From positions 32,001 through 96,000 of the IMG/VR virus record IMGVR_UViG_3300036832_001166: a stretch of DNA of 64,000 nt, one strand, 5' to 3'. Of the stretch, positions 8,546 to 18,622 are shown piece by piece (positions within the stretch are counted from its first letter, which is position 1; each line of letters starts with the position of its first letter). The position numbers and the translations under genes were made by a program. The notes beneath the pieces are model-generated. The model was not told the DNA's origin, ran no database searches, and was given only the letters and a program-made list of their open reading frames with translations. The stretch is from a virus.

Positions 8546-9189
8546 TGAGATGGACCCGCGAGCGGGGCGCGCTCGTCCCGGTCGTCGAGGATCTGGTCGC
8601 GTCCGATCTCCTGCGCAAATGGGAGGCGTTTGATCTGAGCCGTGAGCGCGATTGCCAGCGACGCGAGTGGGGGCGGACGCTTCGCGATGTTCTGCGCTCC
8701 GGTCGGCCGACCATGAGCGTGCCGGGCAACGCCTACTCCGTTGTCAGTCCTGTCTTCGCGGTGACCACGACCGCGAAGACGGCGGTCAACCTGATCACCG
8801 GGGCTTCCAACCAGCCGTCGATCGTCGAGTGGGGCGTTTCGTGCGACGGCACGAGCGGCAACCTGCTGATTGAGCTGTGCCAGTCGACGCAGGCGGGCGC
8901 GGGCACGCCGGGCTCCAGCCCGACCCCCACTCAGATTCGCGGCTGGCCCGCTCAGACGAGCGCGAACACGTGCAGCATCAGCTACACCGCCGAGCCGACC
9001 GTGCTCACGACGTCGGGCGTCAAACGCTGGCGCATCCCGCTGCCCGGCGGCCCGCTGGTCATCCAGTCCCCGCTTGGTCGTGAGATCACGGGGATCATCA
9101 CCGCGGCGACGTCCGCGAAAGGACTCTGCCTCCGGCTCACCGCTTCGGTCGCGGCGAACGCCGACAGCTACGCGGAATGGGAAGAATGA
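8545..9189 (+). CDS. Putative virion beta-sandwich protein
   Basis: Coupled ORF; Thr/Ser/Gly-rich beta domain ending YAEWEE; start may be later (about 8713). Confidence 0.6.
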   Translation: MRWTRERGALVPVVEDLVASDLLRKWEAFDLSRERDCQRREWGRTLRDVLRSGRPTMSVPGNAYSVVSPVFAVTTTAKTAVNLITGASNQPSIVEWGVSCDGTSGNLLIELCQSTQAGAGTPGSSPTPTQIRGWPAQTSANTCSISYTAEPTVLTTSGVKRWRIPLPGGPLVIQSPLGREITGIITAATSAKGLCLRLTASVAANADSYAEWEE

Positions 9190-9290
9190 GCGAGAACCAC
9201 CCTGATGCGTCTGGGATGAGGCGAATCGGGACTAGCCGTAAGCAGGGCTAGGCTGTGGCGTTCGCGCTGGTCGGCGCGGCGGGCTGAGCG

Positions 9291-10073
9291 GTGGCCGCCC
9301 CTAGCGCTACCAACGTCGGCGTGCTGTCGGCCAAGGGCCTGAGCGCCAGTCCGGTTACGACAGCAGCAATCGGAACGGCAGCCAGCGGCGCGGGAGCCTA
9401 TGTACTGCTGTTGCAAATGGCTTCGCCGACAGGCACTGGCACCTATACGGCCGTAAGTTGCACCGACTCGGCAGGGAATAGCTATACGGTGGCTGCGGGA
9501 ACGCTGGCTGGCCCCAGCAACTCTGCAGGTCAAGCGGGCGCCATTCTGGTGAGCGGCTCGAATCCGAACGCGCTTCTGACGACCAGCACATTCACCGTGA
9601 CTGCCACGGGCACGACGATCGGAAAATATGTTCTGCATGTACTCAAGATCGACGTGCCGCCTACTGTTGTCGCCGGTACGGGCGCGGCCGGAACGCTGAC
9701 CGGCGGCTCGACGATAGCGGTCACGTCAGGGACGCCTGCTGCGAGCGGCGATTACCTTTGGCTCGGGACAATGGGTTGGGGTTCGAGCGGTCAAACCGCA
9801 ACCATTTCGTCCACGGGATACACGCTCATTCCAACCGGCACGGCCGTCGAGGGGACCACGGGCGGCAGCGCAACGACCAACATCTCGGCGAAGGAGGGCT
9901 ATCAGCAGGTCTTGGCTTCCGCGTCGCCGCAGACGTTCAATGGAACGCTCAGCGGCAATGCGTCATGTCCGGGGGCCTCGATTGTGGCGCTTAGCGTCGT
10001 CGCCGCTGCGCCTGCGAAAGTAGGCACGCCGATCGTTGTCAGCCAGGCCGTATCACGGGCGGCGACGAGATAG
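9291..10073 (+). CDS. Putative virion appendage protein with atypical (lower GC3) codon usage
   Basis: Thr/Gly/Ala-rich beta protein; many A/T-ending codons. Confidence 0.65.
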   Translation: MAAPSATNVGVLSAKGLSASPVTTAAIGTAASGAGAYVLLLQMASPTGTGTYTAVSCTDSAGNSYTVAAGTLAGPSNSAGQAGAILVSGSNPNALLTTSTFTVTATGTTIGKYVLHVLKIDVPPTVVAGTGAAGTLTGGSTIAVTSGTPAASGDYLWLGTMGWGSSGQTATISSTGYTLIPTGTAVEGTTGGSATTNISAKEGYQQVLASASPQTFNGTLSGNASCPGASIVALSVVAAAPAKVGTPIVVSQAVSRAATR

Positions 10074-10904
10074 ATGGCGCGCACCGGGCGCTCCGCACCG
10101 TCGCTAGGCCGGGTCCAGGTACTGCAGACGCGGCTGCCGCCGCCGCCGATCGCGACGCTCCAGGACGCGTTCGTCGGGTCCGTGCTCAACTCGTCGCTGT
10201 GGCAGGTCGAGAGCGGCACCGTGTCGGTCAGTGGCCAGTTGAACCTGACGGCGACCTCGGGGTACTCCGGCGTGGTGTCCAGGAATCGCTACCGGCTCAC
10301 CGGCTCGGCCTTTCTGCTGCAGCTCACCCCGATGGCAGTGGGTAACGGCACGAACCAGGTCGGCTTCGGCCTACGACCCCACCAACTCGACAACAACATC
10401 GGTTCGCTCGGAGCCGACGTTGGTGGATCCGGCCCGCCCCCGACGCTCGAAGCCACCTACCGCGACACCAGCGGCACCCAGCACTTGGTCGGGGCGGGGA
10501 TCCCGTGCCCCACCGGAGCCAGTCCGATCTGGCTGCGCGTCCGAGAATCCGCCGGGACGGTGTATTGGGACTGGTCGGCGGACAACCTGAACTGGACCAA
10601 CGTCTGGAGCCTGGCCGACCCGTTCTCGACCGACGCGCTCTACGTCGAGATCTTCGCCGGGCACTACGGCGCCGAGACCGATACGATCGCGGCGCTCGAC
10701 AACGTCAACGTTCTACCGGCGCTGACGACGCCAGTCGCTGCTGCGGCTACGGCGGCGGCGGCCTACGTGACCGGTGGCCCGGTGCAGCAGATGTTCCCGT
10801 CCGGCGACCTGACTGCCACCGGCTGGACGCCGTCGAGCGGCACGAGCCTGTCCGCGATGCTGAGCGACCAGGCCGACGCCACCTACGACTTCTCGCCGGT
10901 GTAA
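10074..10904 (+). CDS. Putative virion lectin/ConA-like protein
   Basis: WLRVRESAGTVYWDWSADNLNWT beta-sandwich motif. Confidence 0.65.
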   Translation: MARTGRSAPSLGRVQVLQTRLPPPPIATLQDAFVGSVLNSSLWQVESGTVSVSGQLNLTATSGYSGVVSRNRYRLTGSAFLLQLTPMAVGNGTNQVGFGLRPHQLDNNIGSLGADVGGSGPPPTLEATYRDTSGTQHLVGAGIPCPTGASPIWLRVRESAGTVYWDWSADNLNWTNVWSLADPFSTDALYVEIFAGHYGAETDTIAALDNVNVLPALTTPVAAAATAAAAYVTGGPVQQMFPSGDLTATGWTPSSGTSLSAMLSDQADATYDFSPV

Positions 10905-13900
10905 TGGCTCGGCTGCTGACGTGCGGGTTTGAGGGCGGCAGCCTCGCCGCCGACGAGAACCTCAGCGGCTTCTTTGACTCCGGCCTGGGCGGCACCACCT
11001 ACGCCTACTCGACGACCACCGTGCGCTCGGGCGCGCGCTCGTTGCAGCTTGGTGGCGGTGGCTCGCAGAACCTGGGCCTCAGCGCTGGGTCGGTCCTCAC
11101 GAACACGTACTACCAGCGGCTCGCGATCTACCCCACGACGCGCGACGCGAGCGACTGGTATGTGATCCAGATCGCCGATGGCAGCACCGGGCTGCAGTTC
11201 ACGGTCAAGCCCACCGGCGCGATGGAGGTCGAGAACTACAGCTCGAACGCGGCGGTCCTCACCGGCGTGGGCACGCTGGCGCTCAACACATGGACGGTGA
11301 TCGAGTGCAGCTACGTGCCCGCCACGGGTGCGACGGTAGTACGCGTCAACGGGACGCAGGTGGTCTCGGGCACGATCGAGACCACCACCAACGCTGTCTG
11401 CTACATCGCCAATATGTTCGGCTCGGGCGTCGCGTTCGTCGACGACTGGGCCATCAACGACAGCACCGGCGCGAGCAACAACTCGTGGCCCGGTCTGGGG
11501 CGGACCGGCCCGATTGCCGAGGTGAGCCTCGCCGCTGGCGGAGCACCGTCCGCTCGCACCGCTCACTCTCTCGTGTTCCGGGGCCGGACCCAGACGCCCG
11601 CCACCGTGACCCTTCAGCTCGCGTTGATGGAGGGCGCCACGAACCGGTCGGGCACGCTGACGAGCGCTCCGCTGACCACCACGGTCGCCCAGTACGTCGT
11701 CCCGATCCCCGATGCGGTCGCCGCGTCGATCGCCAGCTACAGCGATCTGTCGGTGCGGATGTGGGGCTCCTCGGACGCCCCTGTCGTCATCGAAGTCGAG
11801 CAGCTCTTCCTCCAGGCGCCGCCCGTCGGCGGTCCGCAGGCGCTGACCGCATCGGCGACCGCCGCGACAGCCGCTTCGGCGGCAGTCATCGCGCCTTCGA
11901 CCGCCTACCGCAACGCGATCCTGGCCGAGCCGGGGCTCGTGTCCTACTGGCGGCTCGGTGAGACGTCAGGGAACGTGCTCGACTCCAAGGACTCCAACCC
12001 GGGCACCACCGTCACAAGCATCACGCGCAACGTCCCCGGCCTGATCGTCAACAGCGGCGACGGGGCAGCGAGCACCGACGGGACGACCGGCCCGTACGTC
12101 CGGGTGCCGTACAGCGCGAACATGGACACGGGCGCGGAGCTGTCGGTCGAGTTCTGGATCAAGCCGACGGCGCTTGATGCGTCAAGCCTCATCTATCCCA
12201 TCGGCCGAGATAACCCCAGCACCACGATCTGGTTCGTCCGTTACTACGCCTCCGGTGACGGTCGCTGGGAGGTAGACGTTGTCGACGCGAATAGCGTGAC
12301 CACCGTCCTCACGTCGAAAACGGGCACCGAGGCGGCGGCGGCGGGCAAGCTGCAGCACATCGTCGCGACGTACAGCGCCACGGCCGGGCAACTCAGGCTC
12401 TTTATCAACGGCGTCTCGACCACCTCGACCCAGAACCGGACGCCCAACGCGAACGTCTTGGCGGCGTCGTCTGTCATCGACCTGTTCAGCGGCTGGAGCC
12501 ACACCTCGACGCCTTCGATGAACGGCGTCCTCGACGAAGTGGCGGTCTACAACGCTGCGCTGACGCCCAGCCAGATCGCGAACCACTACGTGCTCGGGAC
12601 CGGGATTCCGTACCTCGCGGCCAGCGCCTCGGGTGCCAGCCAGGCGACGGCGCTTGTCGCGGTGCTGGCCCCGGTGCTCGCAACGGCGACCAGCACGACG
12701 ATCGCCGCGGCCGCGCTCACGGCGGCGGCGCGGATCACCGCCGCTGCCGTCACGCCGTCGGCTGCCCTAGCGGTCATCAGCGCCCCGACGAGCCTCGCGG
12801 CGTCCGCGGCCACCCCGACCGCGGCCACGGCGGCTGTTCTGGCGCAGGGCCAGTTGTCCGCGTCGGCCAGCACCGCGACGAGCGCTCAGGCAGCCGTCAC
12901 GGCCGCCACCGTCGCTCCTGCCGCGTTGACCGCTACGGCCGCTGCCAGCTCCAGCGCGGTCGCGTCCGTGGCTGCGCTCGCCGTGCTCACGGCGACCGCT
13001 CAGGGAGCATCAGCGGCTGTCACTGCCGCCCGCGCAGCCTCGCAGCTCGCGTCGGTCGCGGCCGCGAGTACGGCGGCGCAGGCGCTCACGACCGCTTCGG
13101 CGAAGCTGACCACCAGCGCGCAGGCGACCGGAAGCGTCACCGCCACGATGCTGGTTCCGGGCGTCGCGCTCCTGACCGCTACCGCGCAGGCGGCGACGAG
13201 CGCGAGCGGCTTCACCACGGCGGCGGCGCAGCTCGGCGGCGCGGCCATCACCTACGACGCCGCGATCGCGCCCGACGGCCCGATTCACGCCTACCCGACA
13301 AACGAGAGCGGGGGGAGCGTATCCAGCGATTCGGTGGCGGGCGATAACGCCAGTTGGACGGGCACGTTCACGCTGGCGCAGGCCGGGCCGCCGGGGATAG
13401 GCAACGCCGCCGTCGCGGTCACCGGAGCGACTGCCCAGACATCGGTCGGCGAACTGTCTATCGACACGCTCTCGGAGGAGGTCTGGTTCAAGGTCGCCAA
13501 CGCGTACGCGGCCGGTGGCGGTCTCATCCAGTTCGCAGATGTCACCGGGACCACGGCATACGACCGCCAGGTGTGGATGGGCAATGACGGGAAGATCTAC
13601 TTCGGCTTCTGGCAGAGCGCCGGGGCGATCACCATCGGCTCGCCCGGCGCATATAACGACGGGCTCTGGCATCACGCGGTGGCGACGCACCTGTCGGGCG
13701 GCAACTGCAACCTGTATGTGGACGGCGTCCTGGTCGCTGGCCCAGCCGCCGCGACGGCCGCTGGAGCGGGCTACACCGGCTACTGGAAGTTCGCCAACGC
13801 CTATCTGCTGACGTGGGCGCCGCTGCCCACGAACGCGAGCATCACGGGTGCGGTCGCCAAGATGGCGATCTACAACAGCGCGCTCTCGGCCGCGCGGGTG

Positions 13901-16900
13901 GTCGCCCACTACAACGCGGGCGTCACCGCGGGCGTTGGCGGCATAGCGGTCCAGGCGACGACGAGCGCTCAAGCGACCGTCACGGCCGCCGCCGTCACTC
14001 CTGCCGCGATCACCGCCACTGCTGGCGCTGCTGCTGCTGCCAGCGCCACCACGACCGCACCCGCTCGGCCCACGGCGACCGCCCAGGCCCCGACGGCCGC
14101 AACGTTGACGGTCCTCACCGCTCAGGTCGTGTCCGCGACCGCGCAGGCGAGTGCCCAGGCGACGACGACGCTGACGGCGGCGGCGCGGATTACGGCGAGC
14201 GCGCAGGCCATTGCGGCGGCCGCCGCAAATACGACCGTCGCCGCAATCTTGACCGTTCCCGCCCAGACGGCGACCCAGGCGACGGCCTCCTCTACCGCTC
14301 AGGCAGCGCTGGCGGCTGCGGCTGCGGCCGCGACCGCTGCGAGCATCACGCTGACCGTCCCCGGCGTCGCGTTCCTGACGTCGACGGCGGCTGCCGCTAC
14401 AGCCGCAACGATGGTCGTCAGCGCTGCCGCTGGGCTGACCCCCACGGCCAGTACCGCCGCGCAGGCGGTCGCTCTCGTGACCGCGAGGGCCACTGTGGTC
14501 AACAACGCGGAGGGTGGCGGCGTTGGCGTGACCGTCACCATCGGCAACTCGGGGGGCGCATCCGGCAACGCACCCGACGTCGTCGACATCGGCACCGGCG
14601 CGGCGCTCACCTTCGACAACACGCATGTCGCTCACGGTCGCCTGGCGTACAAGTTCTCCACCGGGGCGACCGCCGCGCTCTCGCGACTCCAGTGGAACGT
14701 CTCTATGGGCCTTCAGGCGAAGGCGTGGTTCCGGACCTACGTCTGGGTGGATGCATGGCCAGCGGCAACGATTCGGCTGATCAACATGGATCAGGGCACC
14801 ACTGCCTGCTGTGTGGTGGTGCTCCTGAGCAGCGGCAAGATGCAGGTCAGGACCGGCAGCGCTGGCACCCAGACGATCACCACCACCAACACGGTGCCGA
14901 CCGGCGCCTGGTTCCGGATCGAGGGCTTCTGCATCGGAGATCCGGCCCTCGGTCAGGTCGAGCTGAAGCTGTTCACAGACCCGGACAGCCCGACGCCTCT
15001 GGAGACGCAGACCTCGGCCGCGAACGTCAACACGTTCGGGCTGATGGATCACTTCAACGTCGGGGTCTCGACCACCACGGCGAACGTTGCCGCGTACTGG
15101 GAAGACGACGTCGGCTTCTCCAACGTCGCCTATCTCGGCCCGCCGATGCAGGCCAGCGCGGGCGCGGCGACGGCCGCGGTGGCCGCGGTTAGCACCGGAG
15201 CGCCACTAGCCGCCAGCGCCGCGAACCAGGCTGCCGCCGTCACGACGGTCACGACAACGAGTCCGCTGACCGCGAGTGCGGCGGCTGTGAGCCAGGCGAT
15301 CGCGCTGCTCGCCAGCGGCGGCGCGCAGCTCGCGCCCGCGGCCAGCGCCACGACGGTCGCCGTCGCCGCGGTCACGGCGGCCGCGACATTACCGGCCGTC
15401 GCCTCGGCGGCCTCGGCGGCGATCGCCGCCGTCATCGCAGCGCCCAGCCTGGCCGTGAGCGCCCAGACCGTGACGGCCGCCAGCGGCTTCACAACGGCGC
15501 CGGTGTCGTTGAGCACTGCGGCTGCGCTGGCTGTCACGTCGCTGACATCGAGCAACGCCGCCGCCACGACCGTCGCCACGACTGCGAGCGTCTCGCCTAC
15601 CGCCAATAGCCTGCTCGTGCTCTGGATCGCGCACGCTGTTTCCGGCGGCACTACGGCCACTCCGTCGGGACTGGGATTGACCTGGACGCTCGCACAGCGG
15701 CTCGTTGTCGCGTCCTCGACGAAGATCGAGTGCTGGACGGCAGTGTGCGGTGCGTCCCCAGGATCGGGCGCAATCACAATCACGCTTGGTGCTGCCGCGA
15801 CCGTCTGCTGGGACGTTGATCAGGTCACGGGCGAAAACGTCTCCGCGCCGCTGGTGACCGCCAACACGAAGACCGCGAGCGGGACGGGCACCGCTGCGGC
15901 GCTGACCTACAACGCGCCGACGGCGACGGACGGGCTGCTGTACGGCTGCGGCGCCTCGGGCTTCGTCAGCCAGACGCCCAATACGGCGGCGGGCTGGACG
16001 GAGCTGGCCGACCGGTCACAGGCGACCCCGTCCATCTCACTGGAAACGCAGCTTTCCTTGCCTCCTGCAAGTACGGCCGGGGCCTCGACACTGAGCGCCA
16101 GCGTCAACTGGGGCGTAATCGGGATCGAGCTTGCGGCTGCGGTGGGGATCGGTCCTAGCGCCACGACCGCGACCAGCGCTACCGCGACCGTCACGACCGC
16201 GCTCGTGCCGCTGCTCGCTCCTGCCGCCGCCGCGGTCACGAGCGTTACGGCGAGCGTCACGGCCGCGGCTCCGATGCAGGCCAGCGCGAGCGCGGCCACC
16301 CAGGCGCAGACAGCCGCGACGGCTGCGACCCAGCTCATCGCAACGGCCCAGACGAGGACGCAGGCCACGGCCGGTCTCATCACCGGCGAGGCGCTCGTCG
16401 CGACCGCGCAGGCAGTTACGAGCTGCACCACTGGCATGCAGGTCCCGGGCGTCGCGTTCCTGACCGTGACGGCCGCGGGGGTGACCGCCGCCAGCGCTAC
16501 CGCAACCGCCGCAGCGCGGCTTGCTGCAGCAACGAGCAGCGCCACACAGGCTCTGGCCACGCTCAGCACGCCCGCCTTCCTGAGCCCGGCTGCGACCACA
16601 ACGAGCGCTGCCACGAGCGCTGTGAGCGCCGCTCCGGCCCTCGCTCCGGCCGCCCAAGCCCTAACCCAGGCCGCGGTGTCGGCCACGACCCCGATCCGGC
16701 TGAGCGTCTCGGCGAGCGCCGCGACCTTGGCCGTGGCGCTTCTCGGGGCCGGGACGGGCCTGGCGCCATCCGCGTCGACCGCGACACAGGCGATCGCCCT
16801 GGTCGCCTGTCCGAGTTCGCTGACGCTGAGCGCAACGGTGCGGTTCGCGGCCACCGCTAGCACGTCGGCAGCGTCGACGCTGCAGGCCGCCGCGACGAGC

Positions 16901-17236
16901 ACCACCACCACCGCCTGCACGCTCGGCTACCGGCCCTGGCTGAGCCCGGCGGCCGCTGCTGCCTCTAGCGCTGGGCTGATCGTGAGCGTGCGTGTCTCGC
17001 TTCGGGCGAACGCGACCAGCCAGACGCTGGCGCAGCTCGTCGTCACCGCGCCGCTGCTCGCGGCTCTGAAGCTGCCGTTCTACGCGGACGTCTTCTCGAA
17101 TCGCACGTTCGCCGATGTCGCGGATGTGAGGGCGTACGTCGACGTGGTCCAGCCGCGCGCCTACGCCGACGTTGCCGACCTGTTCACCTACGCCGACGTC
17201 GAGCGCGCCAGAACCCTGGTCGACGTCGAAAGCTAA
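10904..17236 (+). CDS. Giant (about 2110 aa) Ala/Thr-rich virion fibre/appendage protein with LamG (concanavalin A-like) domains
   Basis: ATG overlaps upstream TAA; LVSYWRLGE...LDEVAVYNAALT and NDGLWHHAVAT...MAIYNSALS LamG signatures; Ala/Thr stalks; C-terminal YADV repeats. Confidence 0.85.
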   Translation: MARLLTCGFEGGSLAADENLSGFFDSGLGGTTYAYSTTTVRSGARSLQLGGGGSQNLGLSAGSVLTNTYYQRLAIYPTTRDASDWYVIQIADGSTGLQFTVKPTGAMEVENYSSNAAVLTGVGTLALNTWTVIECSYVPATGATVVRVNGTQVVSGTIETTTNAVCYIANMFGSGVAFVDDWAINDSTGASNNSWPGLGRTGPIAEVSLAAGGAPSARTAHSLVFRGRTQTPATVTLQLALMEGATNRSGTLTSAPLTTTVAQYVVPIPDAVAASIASYSDLSVRMWGSSDAPVVIEVEQLFLQAPPVGGPQALTASATAATAASAAVIAPSTAYRNAILAEPGLVSYWRLGETSGNVLDSKDSNPGTTVTSITRNVPGLIVNSGDGAASTDGTTGPYVRVPYSANMDTGAELSVEFWIKPTALDASSLIYPIGRDNPSTTIWFVRYYASGDGRWEVDVVDANSVTTVLTSKTGTEAAAAGKLQHIVATYSATAGQLRLFINGVSTTSTQNRTPNANVLAASSVIDLFSGWSHTSTPSMNGVLDEVAVYNAALTPSQIANHYVLGTGIPYLAASASGASQATALVAVLAPVLATATSTTIAAAALTAAARITAAAVTPSAALAVISAPTSLAASAATPTAATAAVLAQGQLSASASTATSAQAAVTAATVAPAALTATAAASSSAVASVAALAVLTATAQGASAAVTAARAASQLASVAAASTAAQALTTASAKLTTSAQATGSVTATMLVPGVALLTATAQAATSASGFTTAAAQLGGAAITYDAAIAPDGPIHAYPTNESGGSVSSDSVAGDNASWTGTFTLAQAGPPGIGNAAVAVTGATAQTSVGELSIDTLSEEVWFKVANAYAAGGGLIQFADVTGTTAYDRQVWMGNDGKIYFGFWQSAGAITIGSPGAYNDGLWHHAVATHLSGGNCNLYVDGVLVAGPAAATAAGAGYTGYWKFANAYLLTWAPLPTNASITGAVAKMAIYNSALSAARVVAHYNAGVTAGVGGIAVQATTSAQATVTAAAVTPAAITATAGAAAAASATTTAPARPTATAQAPTAATLTVLTAQVVSATAQASAQATTTLTAAARITASAQAIAAAAANTTVAAILTVPAQTATQATASSTAQAALAAAAAAATAASITLTVPGVAFLTSTAAAATAATMVVSAAAGLTPTASTAAQAVALVTARATVVNNAEGGGVGVTVTIGNSGGASGNAPDVVDIGTGAALTFDNTHVAHGRLAYKFSTGATAALSRLQWNVSMGLQAKAWFRTYVWVDAWPAATIRLINMDQGTTACCVVVLLSSGKMQVRTGSAGTQTITTTNTVPTGAWFRIEGFCIGDPALGQVELKLFTDPDSPTPLETQTSAANVNTFGLMDHFNVGVSTTTANVAAYWEDDVGFSNVAYLGPPMQASAGAATAAVAAVSTGAPLAASAANQAAAVTTVTTTSPLTASAAAVSQAIALLASGGAQLAPAASATTVAVAAVTAAATLPAVASAASAAIAAVIAAPSLAVSAQTVTAASGFTTAPVSLSTAAALAVTSLTSSNAAATTVATTASVSPTANSLLVLWIAHAVSGGTTATPSGLGLTWTLAQRLVVASSTKIECWTAVCGASPGSGAITITLGAAATVCWDVDQVTGENVSAPLVTANTKTASGTGTAAALTYNAPTATDGLLYGCGASGFVSQTPNTAAGWTELADRSQATPSISLETQLSLPPASTAGASTLSASVNWGVIGIELAAAVGIGPSATTATSATATVTTALVPLLAPAAAAVTSVTASVTAAAPMQASASAATQAQTAATAATQLIATAQTRTQATAGLITGEALVATAQAVTSCTTGMQVPGVAFLTVTAAGVTAASATATAAARLAAATSSATQALATLSTPAFLSPAATTTSAATSAVSAAPALAPAAQALTQAAVSATTPIRLSVSASAATLAVALLGAGTGLAPSASTATQAIALVACPSSLTLSATVRFAATASTSAASTLQAAATSTTTTACTLGYRPWLSPAAAAASSAGLIVSVRVSLRANATSQTLAQLVVTAPLLAALKLPFYADVFSNRTFADVADVRAYVDVVQPRAYADVADLFTYADVERARTLVDVES

Positions 17237-17274
17237 CTGGGGCAGGGCCCGCTGCGGCTCGTACGATCCCGGTC

Positions 17275-17664
17275 ATGGTGCTGCTTCTCACCGGCCCGTG
17301 GAAGATCAAGCGCGGCGCGACGTCACCGCCGTACCGGGTGACGCTGCGCCAGGCGGACAAAAGCCCGGTCGACTTGAGTCAGGCCGACCACGTGAACTTC
17401 GTCATGTGCCTGCGCGGGGCGCCGGAGGAGCCGACCGTCGACGCGGAGGCGACCACGATCCAGCAGGGCGACGCGGATACCGGCACTGACGTTGGCGTGT
17501 GCGAGTACGACTGGACGGCGGGCGACACGGACATCATCGGGATCTACGACGTCGAGTTCGCGCTCTACGACGTCAACGGCAAGGTGTACGCCCGGATCCC
17601 GAACGACGGCTACCTGGAGCTGCAGATCCTCGGAAACCTCTCCGCGCCACCGCCCGGTCCCTGA
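17275..17664 (+). CDS. BppU N-terminal-like (baseplate upper/adaptor) protein
   Basis: IKRGATSPPYRVTL...VDLS...CEYDWTAGDTDIIGIYDVEF...IPNDGYLELQI. Confidence 0.75.
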   Translation: MVLLLTGPWKIKRGATSPPYRVTLRQADKSPVDLSQADHVNFVMCLRGAPEEPTVDAEATTIQQGDADTGTDVGVCEYDWTAGDTDIIGIYDVEFALYDVNGKVYARIPNDGYLELQILGNLSAPPPGP

Positions 17665-17668
17665 CGCG

Positions 17669-17691
17669 AAGCGCACATCTTGTGCTATGAT
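17669..17691 (+). promoter_or_regulatory. Repeated operator/extended -10 promoter
   Basis: AAGCGCACATCTTGTGCTATGAT, then GCGGCC/GGCCGC hairpin and CCGACCGAGGAG (17722-33). Confidence 0.8.
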
Positions 17692-17740
17692 GTAGGTGCG
17701 GCCCGAGAGAGGCCGCTCCCCCCGACCGAGGAGGCACGAG

Positions 17741-17887
17741 ATGGTGAAGGTGAAGGTCACGTTCGCCAGCGGCGTTGTCCGGTCCGGCAAAGGCAAGACC
17801 GCTGAGGCGGCTGTCGCCAGGCTGAAGAAGTACGCGGGCTCGCTGGGTGCCGTCACCGCGGTCGACGTGAAAGGAGCAGCAGCATGA
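17741..17887 (+). CDS. Small hypothetical protein
   Basis: ATG after conserved leader. Confidence 0.65.
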   Translation: MVKVKVTFASGVVRSGKGKTAEAAVARLKKYAGSLGAVTAVDVKGAAA

Positions 17888-18021
17888 ACGCGATGACCAT
17901 CCGCTCGGACGCCTACACCGACGGCATCGACACCTGGTCGGTGTGGCAGGGCAGGCGCCGCGTGGCGTCCTACTTCACCAGCCGCGAGGCAGCCCGGGCC
18001 TGGATCGAGGCGCGGGCATGA
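17884..18021 (+). CDS. Small hypothetical protein (MNAMTIRSDAYTDG...)
   Basis: AAAGGAG RBS; ATGA overlaps at both ends; translated by hand. Confidence 0.55.
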   Translation: MNAMTIRSDAYTDGIDTWSVWQGRRRVASYFTSREAARAWIEARA

Positions 18022-18248
18022 CCGCCGAAACGGAGCGCTGCGGATGGCTGATCCAGGTTCCCAGCGGTAACCCAGAGCCGGACTTCCCCGAGGATCTCTG
18101 GCGGGTCGTTGAGTGCGGCGCTGAGCTGACCGTCAACGAGTACGGGTCCTGGCGCTGCACCGCCGGTCACGAGTACGTGACCTACGACGACCCCGCTCGC
18201 CGCGCCTGGGACGTCGAGCAAGCGTTCATCGAACGACAGGAAGGATGA
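18018..18248 (+). CDS. Hypothetical protein, possible zinc ribbon
   Basis: ATGA-coupled; C...C...CTAGH. Confidence 0.6.
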   Translation: MTAETERCGWLIQVPSGNPEPDFPEDLWRVVECGAELTVNEYGSWRCTAGHEYVTYDDPARRAWDVEQAFIERQEG

Positions 18249-18622
18249 CCGAGATGGACCGACCGACATTCCGAGAGGCCCAGCGTCGGCAGAGCATCTT
18301 CGACTGGGACGAGCTGGCGCGCGAGACACTCCGCACGCCGCTGGGCTGCGAGGCCTGGAGCGGCTACTCGTACGTCGAGATGCTCGACGGCGAGCCCGAC
18401 TGGGAAGAGACCTACATCGACATGATGTGGGCCGACGCCGAGCAGCGCCGCTGGGCCGAGCAGTACACGACGGATCGCGACGCGTACTTCGCGCCCGGGC
18501 CCGACGGCTACAGCCAGCACGACCTGCGCATGGAGGCCGAGTCGATCCGCGAGGAGGAGCGCCGGATGCGCGAGGATCACGAGCGCGACATCGTCCGCGG
18601 GCTGGGGGGGCGGTGGTGGTGA
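18245..18622 (+). CDS. Hypothetical protein
   Basis: ATGA-coupled. Confidence 0.65.
   Translation: MTEMDRPTFREAQRRQSIFDWDELARETLRTPLGCEAWSGYSYVEMLDGEPDWEETYIDMMWADAEQRRWAEQYTTDRDAYFAPGPDGYSQHDLRMEAESIREEERRMREDHERDIVRGLGGRWW

Noticed and set aside
10505-10903. N-terminal 133 aa of the 2243-aa ORF
   Set aside because: Overlaps gene 10074-10904 in another frame; the real start is the coupled ATG at 10904
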